A stretch of 64,000 nucleotides of DNA from an uncultured Gammaproteobacteria bacterium. Lineage in GTDB: Bacteria > Patescibacteriota > Microgenomatia > CAZETR01 > Amesbacteraceae. A program made the translations under genes and the position numbers. The notes beneath the pieces are model-generated. The model had not been told where the DNA came from and made no database searches. It saw only the letters and a program-made list of their open reading frames with translations. The DNA is taken from positions 5,266 to 69,265 of the forward strand of contig CAZWKN010000002.1 in assembly GCA_964633995.1 (NCBI GenBank). The letters are read 5' to 3'. The first letter of the stretch is position 1; each line of letters starts with the position of its first letter. This document shows, piece after piece, positions 1 to 8,066 of the stretch.

Positions 1-39
1 ATCATTTGGCCGCATGAGCGGATATCACTCTCTGAAGAT

Positions 40-336
40 ATGCAAAAGGTAGTGAGGAGATATGCCTGGTTTGGCGTGAATATACAAGTGAGAGGCAATA
101 CTGTTGATGTGTTCATTGAAGGTGAGCATATCTACCATTTGTATCTTGAAGATCCGCTGAGAGTCGAAAAAGTTGAAAATATGGAGTACAAAGATGAGGA
201 AGGCAAAAATGTCGGCAATTTGCAGGCTAGAAAGCTAAATGTTTTCAGTTATTCTCAGGGTCGAGTAGGTTTCAGATGTTCCCCCACTGAAGAACACGCT
301 CACATTAGAAAAGTCAGAGTAAAACCAACTTGGTAA
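40..336 (+). CDS. hypothetical protein
   Basis: 98-aa ORF in an otherwise unoccupied region. No recognisable motif. Confidence 0.3.
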   Translation: MQKVVRRYAWFGVNIQVRGNTVDVFIEGEHIYHLYLEDPLRVEKVENMEYKDEEGKNVGNLQARKLNVFSYSQGRVGFRCSPTEEHAHIRKVRVKPTW

Positions 337-661
337 GGCTCTAGTATTTTACTACCCATCTTGGACAATTGGTGAGTATCATGGAGTTTGAAAAGGAACT
401 TATGGCCAATGATCACACAGAAACTGGTATTACAAATAACTGAAAGGGGTGAAGTAGTAAACAACCTATGGTGTTGGTATCTTGGTCAAACCAAGCAAGT
501 TGGTTAGGATGGCTCCAGCAATAATAATGGCAACTCCAATCGCAAGCTGTCCCCACCATGTCTGGTACCAATGTTTTTTTTCTTCGACTTTACGATTGTC
601 AATCTTTACAGACGGACTACTGCCAGTTTGGGTGATTTTGTCTCTTCCAGTTATTTCCATA

Positions 662-1099
662 TCAATTTTTTATATCGACTGTTGGATTATCGCCATATTG
701 AACAATTTTATCTCTGCCTACAACCTCTACTTTGACATTGAACTCATTTCGAATATATCTATCGTACTCTGTTAGACGCTTGACCCAAGCCTCGTGTTTA
801 TTGATGATTTCATTCCAATCAACGTTTGTGTTCACTCTCATCAACGGGGAAACTGGGGCATCTCTGAACTCGTACAGCTCTTTTTGTGAGACAAAAAGAT
901 TCGCCAATTTTTTCAGACAATCATCTGCCCAAGCATGAGATTGATCTCGCCATCGTGTGATTTTTTCACCATTTACTGTCGACCTATCTTGGAAATATTC
1001 TGCGTTTATCTGGTCTTTGATTTTGTATCCGCTTACTATACACTCATCCAACACTTGTATTGCTTCTTCTGGTTGGACTTTCAAATAAGGTAATCCCAT
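662..1099 (-). CDS. hypothetical protein
   Basis: 145-aa ORF, no recognisable motif. A 64-aa ORF with a TM-like segment (466..660) lies immediately downstream on the same strand. Confidence 0.35.
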   Translation of the reverse strand: MGLPYLKVQPEEAIQVLDECIVSGYKIKDQINAEYFQDRSTVNGEKITRWRDQSHAWADDCLKKLANLFVSQKELYEFRDAPVSPLMRVNTNVDWNEIINKHEAWVKRLTEYDRYIRNEFNVKVEVVGRDKIVQYGDNPTVDIKN

Positions 1100-1116
1100 G
1101 GGTGTATTTTATCAGA

Positions 1117-1428
1117 TCACGGAGTTGATATCGTCGACTTTCTAGTGTCATTGAGTATGTCTTCCATAATTTTTGCAAACCTTGGGGATATGGTGTGGGT
1201 TAGTGGGGTAGGTGGAATATAATCCTCTCCCTCGCTTGCTCTCAGATCAGGAATTGTTTTATTTAGAATTGCCTTAGCGGCTCCGAGACGAATCCCTTCA
1301 TTTTGGGAATTCTTCATCAAGTCATACAGTGTCTCTATTGCTTCTTTGGAGTGAGCAGCGGCCACTGCATACAAACTACCTCTGTTAGGTACTCCCCCTG
1401 TTTTAGCCTGGTGACTGGTATCATTCAT
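1117..1428 (-). CDS. hypothetical protein
   Basis: 103-aa ORF. A 16-nt palindrome (TGCGACACATGTCGCA) lies 13 nt upstream of its start. Confidence 0.35.
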   Translation of the reverse strand: MNDTSHQAKTGGVPNRGSLYAVAAAHSKEAIETLYDLMKNSQNEGIRLGAAKAILNKTIPDLRASEGEDYIPPTPLTHTISPRFAKIMEDILNDTRKSTISTP

Positions 1429-1440
1429 AGTTTATAAAGT

Positions 1441-1456
1441 TGCGACACATGTCGCA
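1441..1456. promoter_or_regulatory. inverted-repeat candidate operator TGCGACA-CA-TGTCGCA
   Basis: 7-bp arms separated by 2 nt, 13 nt upstream of the start codon at 1428 (minus-strand gene). Followed by TTTATAAA. Confidence 0.3.
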
Positions 1457-1649
1457 GTTTTCCAACGATACCTTACTGTGATCTATACTTCGAATACTCA
1501 TACGGAGTAGCTTACAGGGGCAAATGCCATCTGACCTAGTCTATTAGAGAATAAGTTGAAGAGAGTAATGAGATCAGGGATAATATGATTCCGAACCTCG
1601 ACCCTTTGGGTCACCCTTCGACAAGCTCAGGGTAAACTTTTCTTTTGCC

Positions 1650-1937
1650 ATGACTTGGTATACATATATTCTTCTTTGCGATCGTAAAACTTATTACGTT
1701 GGGATCACCAACGATCTTTCGGAAAGATTAAATTCTCACAAAGCCAAGAAGAACATTGCTACCAAGGAGTTTTACGATCTAGAGCTAGTACATTCTGAAG
1801 AGTATGTAAATCAAACATTGGCGGCAAAACGCGAAAAACAACTCAAAGGCTGGAGTTGGGCAAAGAAGAACGCCTTGGTTAGTGGCAATATTGGTTTACT
1901 CAAGTACCTGTGCTTGTCTAAGGGCCTGCGGGAATAA
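1650..1937 (+). CDS. GIY-YIG nuclease family protein (UPF0213-like)
   Basis: N-terminal YILLCDRKTYYVGITNDLSERLNSHK matches the GIY-YIG motif. 95 aa. Confidence 0.65.
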   Translation: MTWYTYILLCDRKTYYVGITNDLSERLNSHKAKKNIATKEFYDLELVHSEEYVNQTLAAKREKQLKGWSWAKKNALVSGNIGLLKYLCLSKGLRE

Positions 1938-1985
1938 TGGTGAGCCTGTCGAACCATCCCCGTTGGGGTCACAATTTTATAAAAA

Positions 1986-2025
1986 TACCAAAGGTAGCAA
2001 GGCTATTTCACCTCTAAGGTGGAAA
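1986..2025 (+). repeat. REP-like palindromic element, copy 1
   Basis: TACCAAAGGTAGCAAGGCTATTTCACCTCTAAGGTGGAAA. Near-identical to the copies at 22788 and 24313. Hairpin TTCACCT/AGGTG(G)AA. Lies between convergent genes and abuts the stop codon at 2027. Confidence 0.7.
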
Positions 2026-2026
2026 A

Positions 2027-2350
2027 TTACCCTACCTGATAGGTGGGTTTGGAAGTTTTAACAAAGGCTTTAATATTTTCGACCACCATAGCGTTCATAC
2101 TAGTCTTGGCCTCCTTGGAGCCATAAGCGGTATGGGGAGTGATAATGAATTTGCTGTCCGGGAGCGACAGTAAACCCCAATAATCTTCTTGTGTTGTAGG
2201 AACGGGTTCTTTGTAATACGAGTCAAAAGCAGCACAAGCAATTTTGTTTTCTACCAAAGCTTTTTTCAAAGCCTCTGGGTCGACTAACTCAGCTCTAGAA
2301 GTACAAACAAGAACAGCGTGAGGTTTCATCTGGAGAGCCATATGATCCAT
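2027..2350 (-). pseudogene. C-terminal fragment of a D-isomer-specific 2-hydroxyacid dehydrogenase (truncated)
   Basis: 107 aa. Resembles only the C-terminal end of the NAD-binding domain plus the tail (ITPHTAYGSKEA ~ TPHIAG..EA). The N-terminal ~200 aa of the family are absent. REP copy abuts the 3' end. Confidence 0.45.
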
Positions 2351-2365
2351 GCATTATTAAATATT

Positions 2366-3016
2366 TCATAGATTAAAGGTAAGGTATTTTCCTTCACTAG
2401 CAATTTCAACTTTGCCATCAACTATTTTAAGTGCAGAATTATCATCCAGTGCGTATACGGGCTCATTTAGATCTTTGGATGCTTGCTGTAAGTTTTCTTC
2501 TCTAATCTTATCGAAATAAGGCGAATTTAGGTGGGGGATAAACTGAAAAGGTACTAAGCCTAACCCTTCCTTTATCTCTAGGGCATATTTCTCGCCAAAG
2601 AGATTTTGGACTGAGTTGTAAATGGTTGGCCCGGCAATACAACTCCCAGCACTAATTCCTGCATATACCCTGGTTTTTAAGAGTTCTGGTAATTCCTCTT
2701 TCAACCCAGATTGTTTGACCCAATGCATCAGATAAAAAGTATTCCCACCACCCAAAAACAACACGTCAGATTCATTTAATCGAGGTAGCCAAATCTCTTT
2801 TGGAACGGCGGAGATGTCGACAATATCTACTTCAAATCCAGCTTTCTTAAAGTTGTTAAGATCATCAACCATCCAACTTTTATCACCTGGTTCCACGTTG
2901 GCAGCAGTAGGAATAAAGGCTAGTTTTACTCTCTTGGCAGATTTTCCCAGTAAGTCTTCCAAAGCTTTAGTAATGGTTGGATTGGATAGTCCGGCTGATG
3001 TTAATAGTAATTTCAT
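2366..3016 (-). CDS. peptidase S51 family (dipeptidase E-like)
   Basis: MKLLLTSAG..., LFLGGGNTFYL, GISAGSCIAG (catalytic Ser context), as expected for peptidase E / cyanophycinase-type S51. Confidence 0.65.
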   Translation of the reverse strand: MKLLLTSAGLSNPTITKALEDLLGKSAKRVKLAFIPTAANVEPGDKSWMVDDLNNFKKAGFEVDIVDISAVPKEIWLPRLNESDVLFLGGGNTFYLMHWVKQSGLKEELPELLKTRVYAGISAGSCIAGPTIYNSVQNLFGEKYALEIKEGLGLVPFQFIPHLNSPYFDKIREENLQQASKDLNEPVYALDDNSALKIVDGKVEIASEGKYLTFNL

Positions 3017-3018
3017 GC

Positions 3019-3402
3019 TTAGACGTTTTTGTCGAGAAAAGATTTTAGACTTATTAAGTCCTTTTTATCTGGATCGTAGTAATGGGAAGCTATTCCTAGC
3101 GCTTGGGCGCTTTTGACCGCGTCCATATTATGTTCAAAATAGATGGCATCTTCAGGCTTTAATTTGAAATGCTCGAGCATTTGTTTGAAATATGAAGGAT
3201 CGGTTTTGTCTGGATTATGTTTAAGTGTGAAAAGCTCGTAAGGTAAGTCAGTTAAACCAAACTGAATAATTTGTTCATCGTTTGCGTTTGTCAGTATTAT
3301 TTTTGGATTGTTATATTGTTCTAATAAATCGTTGAGAGGTTTATAAATACCAATTCCTTCTAAAACAAATGTGTCTACGGCATCAACTAGTATTGTTTTC
3401 AT
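3019..3402 (-). CDS. HAD-like hydrolase (putative)
   Basis: N-terminal ILVDAVDTFV acid-residue motif and small size. Weak. Confidence 0.35.
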   Translation of the reverse strand: MKTILVDAVDTFVLEGIGIYKPLNDLLEQYNNPKIILTNANDEQIIQFGLTDLPYELFTLKHNPDKTDPSYFKQMLEHFKLKPEDAIYFEHNMDAVKSAQALGIASHYYDPDKKDLISLKSFLDKNV

Positions 3403-3503
3403 AGATGTATTTTACTTTAACTTGCCTAGTGGATAAAGGCGATAGTCAACAACAACGACGGGCTGATAAAATACATGGAGCGAAAGTTTACTAAAGCAAT
3501 GAA

Positions 3504-4235
3504 TTAGGAATGTGTCGCTTGATCGTATTTGGCCTGCTTTGCAAGAGCCGGACGAAGATCTAGGCGGAAGACAGGATCTACTTGTTTTTCCTGGCTGGCG
3601 ACCTCTAGAGAAGCCAAAACTGCCTCCGTTAACGAACCTATTTCCTGAGCCCTAAATTTATAGTGTTGTAGCACATGGCCGTCTTCCAATTCTTTTTGAA
3701 TAGCTGTCGACACCTTCGGTAGCATTTGTAAATCGGTATAGGGAAGGTGAGCATTTTCAGCTTCTAGTAATACGTTAGAAGTAATGTATCTGACGGTGAC
3801 GTTGGCAGTATGCCTAGCTTTTTCTTCGGCAGTTAATTGATCTTTCTGACTTAATGAATTTGCTTCCTCATGAGCAATCCTCTCGTTTAAATAATGTTGA
3901 ATATCTGAATACGGGGGACGCAAGGCTTCGGCCAATCTGTCAATGGCGGCTTGTCTGGTCTTTAATGCGTAGTAATAATCTGGATAGTCTTGCTCTAGTT
4001 GGGCTAATCTTTGAGCTCCTAGTTCTAAATACCCAGTGTCTCCAAGTGGAGCAACTTCAGTTTTCAAGTTTGGATAGTCATTAGCTGCAGATGTAACAGT
4101 TTTTTTTATTTCAGGCGCAATCTTATCGTGTAAAATTCTGGCTTCGTCGTAAGCTTTTTCAAGTCCCAATCTGTCTTCTGGCATACGACTAATTATATCG
4201 ATCTCGTTTTTAAATTCAAGCTTTTTTGACCACAA
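3504..4235 (-). CDS. hypothetical protein (helical, charged)
   Basis: 243-aa ORF. Overlaps the start of the downstream 173-aa ORF by 20 nt (operon-like). Confidence 0.4.
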   Translation of the reverse strand: MWSKKLEFKNEIDIISRMPEDRLGLEKAYDEARILHDKIAPEIKKTVTSAANDYPNLKTEVAPLGDTGYLELGAQRLAQLEQDYPDYYYALKTRQAAIDRLAEALRPPYSDIQHYLNERIAHEEANSLSQKDQLTAEEKARHTANVTVRYITSNVLLEAENAHLPYTDLQMLPKVSTAIQKELEDGHVLQHYKFRAQEIGSLTEAVLASLEVASQEKQVDPVFRLDLRPALAKQAKYDQATHS

Positions 4236-4737
4236 TCTCGGAGTTGTCTTCCAGAAGGGCCTTGGTAATTTGTGGAATAGCTGTAAATTTTACCGCAATT
4301 TTATCTGGCCATTTTAGATACTCTTCGCCATACTTACTTTTGAATAGAAGTTCTGTTAGCTTTGATTCCGGTATAACCGTAGACAGGATTTTATTTGTCA
4401 TAAATTCGAAATGCTGAAAACCCAGAGCGTAGTCATCGCTGCCGCCCGGTTCTGCAAATTCTAAATAGTGAAACTTGGCTCCCCCAAACTCTAGAGGTTT
4501 TCTTAGCACAAATGCATGAAAGTGTCGATCGTGAAACAACTTAGTTGTATATAAAACGCTTTGAGACTTAAAAAAATCAAACAGCTGAGTATATGTTTCC
4601 AGCGAGTCTGCTCGATAACAAACATGATCGAGAGGAAAACTGGAAAAAGTGAGCCCTATTGACGAATGTCGCTTGGCAAGATCCCCTACAAATTCTATGT
4701 ACTGCTGGTTAAACAGTTCTAGAGACAAACTCGTCAT
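4216..4737 (-). CDS. hypothetical protein, possible VOC/glyoxalase-like metalloenzyme
   Basis: His/Glu-containing beta-strand motifs (LDHVCYRADSLE, FHYLEFAEP, GFQHFEF). Weak. Confidence 0.3.
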   Translation of the reverse strand: MTSLSLELFNQQYIEFVGDLAKRHSSIGLTFSSFPLDHVCYRADSLETYTQLFDFFKSQSVLYTTKLFHDRHFHAFVLRKPLEFGGAKFHYLEFAEPGGSDDYALGFQHFEFMTNKILSTVIPESKLTELLFKSKYGEEYLKWPDKIAVKFTAIPQITKALLEDNSEIVVKKA

Positions 4738-4791
4738 GAGTAGATTATAGCCCTTAACCCATCCTTAATCATTAGCGTTTATAATGGAAAA

Positions 4792-6231
4792 ATGGAACCA
4801 TTTGTCTTGGTTATTTTTGGCGTTTCTGGTAACTTGAGCCAGATCAAGTTACTACCTGCTATTTACGATCTGGAGGCCAAGGGGTTGCTGCATCCCGACA
4901 CTAGAATTGTGGGTATTTCCCGCCAGCCTTTTTCCAAGGCTGATTTTGAAAAATATGTGGAAACAACCTTACATGATGGCTCTCACCGCCATCACCACAA
5001 AACCGACCCGCTAGTAATTTCTTCACTTCTAAAAAAGCTGCATTACATCCAGGGAGATTTTTCTGAAGGGTCTGATGATTTATTCCCTGAATTAAAGAGA
5101 TTTTTGGATGATTACAAACCGCTTACTTCAAACCACTTATTTTATTTTGCTACTTACCCCGACCATTATGCCGCTATCTTGGAATCATTAAATAAGCACG
5201 ACATGAATAAATCTTTGGATGGCTGGGTGAGACTAATGATCGAAAAACCAATAGGACGCGACTTACCAACTGCTGTCGAACTAAACAAATTACTGCATCG
5301 ATACTTTGAGGAAAACCAGATATACCGGCTGGATCATTATTTGGGCAAGGAAACGATCCAAAATATTTTGGTCTTTAGATTTGGCAATACTTTAATCGGG
5401 CCGTTGATGAGTAGTGAATATGTGGATCATATCCAAATTTTGGCAGGTGAAGAATTTGGGATTGGTAGCCGGGGTGGATATTATGACACCGTAGGCGCAC
5501 TAAGAGATGTGGGGCAAAACCACCTACTTCAGATGCTGGTAGTGGGCACAATGGAAGAACCAAAACAACTAGAGAACGCCGAGGTGACACAAAAGCGCAT
5601 CGACATTTTGACCAAATTAAAACCAGATCCCAACAAACTTATTTTTGGCCAATATAACGGGTATTTGTACGAAAAAGGGGTAGATCCCCTATCGACAACC
5701 GATACGTATTTTGCCTTTAAAACCCACATTGATAACAGCCGCTGGGCCGGGGTGCCTATTTATGTGCGGGGCGGGAAAAAATTGGCCATGACCGCTACTG
5801 AAATATCCATCGTTTTTAAACCAAACTTGAAATCTTTGTTCGGCTCACTATCTCCCACCAACAAACCCAACGTGCTTACTTACCGCATTACACCAAATGA
5901 GGGTATCGGTTTTGAAATACTGACTAAGAAACCGGATCATAAATTTGTACTTGAAAATAGCTACTTACAATATTGTTACCGCGATTCCAGTTCAAAACCT
6001 GCCGACGCATACGAGAAACTTCTTTACGATGCGATTGCTGGTGACGGAACTTTTTTTAATGACGCAGAAGAAGTGGAAGCTAGTTGGGCGTTTATAGACC
6101 AAATGGCTGTCCAAAAACCAAACACATATGCCTATGAACCTGGGACTTGGGGACCTGACGAAGCTAAAATCTTAATTGAAGCCGACGGACGTAAATGGAT
6201 AGATCCATCGGAAGCATTGTGTAGAATTTAG
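4792..6231 (+). CDS. zwf: glucose-6-phosphate 1-dehydrogenase
   Basis: N-terminal Rossmann FVLVIFGVSGNLSQIKLLPAIYDL. Diagnostic G6PD active-site peptide RIDHYLGKE. 479 aa. Confidence 0.9.
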   Translation: MEPFVLVIFGVSGNLSQIKLLPAIYDLEAKGLLHPDTRIVGISRQPFSKADFEKYVETTLHDGSHRHHHKTDPLVISSLLKKLHYIQGDFSEGSDDLFPELKRFLDDYKPLTSNHLFYFATYPDHYAAILESLNKHDMNKSLDGWVRLMIEKPIGRDLPTAVELNKLLHRYFEENQIYRLDHYLGKETIQNILVFRFGNTLIGPLMSSEYVDHIQILAGEEFGIGSRGGYYDTVGALRDVGQNHLLQMLVVGTMEEPKQLENAEVTQKRIDILTKLKPDPNKLIFGQYNGYLYEKGVDPLSTTDTYFAFKTHIDNSRWAGVPIYVRGGKKLAMTATEISIVFKPNLKSLFGSLSPTNKPNVLTYRITPNEGIGFEILTKKPDHKFVLENSYLQYCYRDSSSKPADAYEKLLYDAIAGDGTFFNDAEEVEASWAFIDQMAVQKPNTYAYEPGTWGPDEAKILIEADGRKWIDPSEALCRI

Positions 6232-6998
6232 CGAGGCAAATGAATGATTTTTTTGTAAAAAGTTAAGCCGTTTAACGAACCTTGGGTATAACCCGTAAGA
6301 CTTATGGTTATAGCGGTAAGATCCTCTGCCGGACCGGAGTCGTCGTAATAAAACTCAAGAACAAGATTGCCGTTATTTAAAAAAGTAAGCGTAGTTGTAC
6401 CATCCGATTGCAAAACTTCTGAGCCGGGATCGATCATACCGGTTGCCGACGGCTGAATGGTAATAAGTTGTTTGTACATAGGATCCCTGCTGAGATTGCC
6501 TTGCACTTCCAACATAAACTGTCCTGAATATTTTGAGTCAAAATTGGCTTTATATGGAGTCAGGGTAATGCTTACTTTTCTATTTGTTGTTTTGGGAACA
6601 ACTTGCGTAACCTGTTCAATCTTAAAAAAGTCTTTGTTCTTGGTCTGAATCGCTACCGACAAATTATTAAGGTCTTCTTTCGTCTGGATAAATTTAAATT
6701 GTTGATACTGGTTAATAGCATGTGACAGTGGATACCACAAGAAAGCAAAAAGCAGATAAAACACCAGGTGAGACTTGCGGACTTGCCTAATGAAGGCTAC
6801 CAGGCTAAAAAGACAAGATATCGAGACAAACAGAAACAGGGGATTTATTTCGGTAATGAATACCACAGCAATTAACAGACCCCAGGGATAAAAGTGGGTA
6901 AAATCCTGGAGGACTAGTGAGTAAATTTCCAAAACTAGCAACCCTAACACAAGGTGAATGATAATTAACACCCACGAGGTAAGTTTTCTCTTGTCCAC
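6228..6998 (-). CDS. membrane protein (N-terminal TM bundle + beta-rich C-terminal domain)
   Basis: Four hydrophobic helices in the first 110 aa, then a soluble Thr/Ser-rich domain. Confidence 0.4.
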   Translation of the reverse strand: MDKRKLTSWVLIIIHLVLGLLVLEIYSLVLQDFTHFYPWGLLIAVVFITEINPLFLFVSISCLFSLVAFIRQVRKSHLVFYLLFAFLWYPLSHAINQYQQFKFIQTKEDLNNLSVAIQTKNKDFFKIEQVTQVVPKTTNRKVSITLTPYKANFDSKYSGQFMLEVQGNLSRDPMYKQLITIQPSATGMIDPGSEVLQSDGTTTLTFLNNGNLVLEFYYDDSGPAEDLTAITISLTGYTQGSLNGLTFYKKIIHLPR

Positions 6999-7033
6999 AA
7001 CCCAATGTTAACACTAAGATATATAATTGATCC

Positions 7034-7303
7034 ATGGAAACAGGACAAAAACTTCATAAAGTCCCAAACGACTTGCAAGCAAGATTGAAATCGGACAACA
7101 ATTTGTCAAAACTTTGGAACGGGCTGACTCCGCTTGCTAGAAACGAATGGATTTGTTGGATAACCAGCGTAAAAAAAGCTGAAACACGACAGGAACACTT
7201 GAAACGGCTTTGCCAAGACCTACAAAACGGTAAGCGCCGTCCATGTTGTTGGCCCGGTTGCCCGCACCGTAACCCCAATGCGAAAAAGTGGTTTAAAAGC
7301 TAA
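7034..7303 (+). CDS. YdeI/OmpD-associated family protein (DUF1801-like)
   Basis: LTPLARNEWICWITSVKKAETRQEHLKRL matches the YdeI/OmdA signature. Cys-rich tail. Confidence 0.5.
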   Translation: METGQKLHKVPNDLQARLKSDNNLSKLWNGLTPLARNEWICWITSVKKAETRQEHLKRLCQDLQNGKRRPCCWPGCPHRNPNAKKWFKS

Positions 7304-8036
7304 CTACTTCGGCGATTTGTTTTAAAGTCTTGATGCGCACAACTTCTTGGCTAACCGGCAAATTGTGAATTGACCAGATAGCCGAGTTTTCTACTAGAAA
7401 ACAATGTTTGACTCCAACTGTTTGGGCGGGAATGATATCTGACCTGGGGCTGTCCCCAACTACGGCACACTGGGCGGGTTTCACTTTAAAATAGTGCATG
7501 GCCTGAAGCCATGATTCCGAGGTCTTGTGACCGTCCTCACTAACGATATAAACTTGATCCGGTCGCACAAACCTTTCCAAGTTTAACCAAGCGTATTTCT
7601 GGTTTGTCCAATCTCTATTTGCGTGGGTGACAATGCCTATGGGGATGCCTGTATTTTTAACAATTTGAAGCCCTTCTTCGGCACCGTCCTGCATTTTAAG
7701 CGGCGTGGTGTATATTTTCTTGAATATCTGTTTCATTTCGCCCTCTAAACCCTTTTGAAATCTGTTCTTTGCTGCCATCTCGTTTACCACAAAGTTCCAG
7801 CGAATAGGATTGACACCGATTTGTTCAAAAAGCCGGTTGTTTATTTCTTCAATGTAGGTTAGCCAATCGGCGCGAGTTTGGTGTGGAGCGTGCAAACTTA
7901 ACAAGTCAGCCGCCTCGGATAACGCTTCACTAAAAAGATGCCTGGTGGAGCAAATAGTATCGTCCAGATCAAACAAAAACCGCTTTATGTCATGTTTGGC
8001 ACACCACATACTCAAACTTGATTTCTTTTTTGACAT
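7293..8036 (-). CDS. HAD family hydrolase
   Basis: Motif I FLFDLDDTI (DxDxT) and downstream motifs (VGDS). 247 aa. Confidence 0.65.
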   Translation of the reverse strand: MSKKKSSLSMWCAKHDIKRFLFDLDDTICSTRHLFSEALSEAADLLSLHAPHQTRADWLTYIEEINNRLFEQIGVNPIRWNFVVNEMAAKNRFQKGLEGEMKQIFKKIYTTPLKMQDGAEEGLQIVKNTGIPIGIVTHANRDWTNQKYAWLNLERFVRPDQVYIVSEDGHKTSESWLQAMHYFKVKPAQCAVVGDSPRSDIIPAQTVGVKHCFLVENSAIWSIHNLPVSQEVVRIKTLKQIAEVVSF

Positions 8037-8066
8037 GGAGAGATTATACTAATTGTCACAGGCGAT

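Noticed and set aside
482-938. Small ORFs 482..775 (+) and 732..938 (+) overlapping larger minus-strand ORFs
   Set aside because: They lie entirely antisense to longer ORFs and have low-complexity translations. They are likely spurious.
5375-5729. ORFs antisense within zwf
   Set aside because: They are embedded in a high-confidence gene.
7054-7278. 74-aa ORF antisense to the YdeI-like gene
   Set aside because: The opposite-strand ORF has a recognisable family signature. The antisense one has none.
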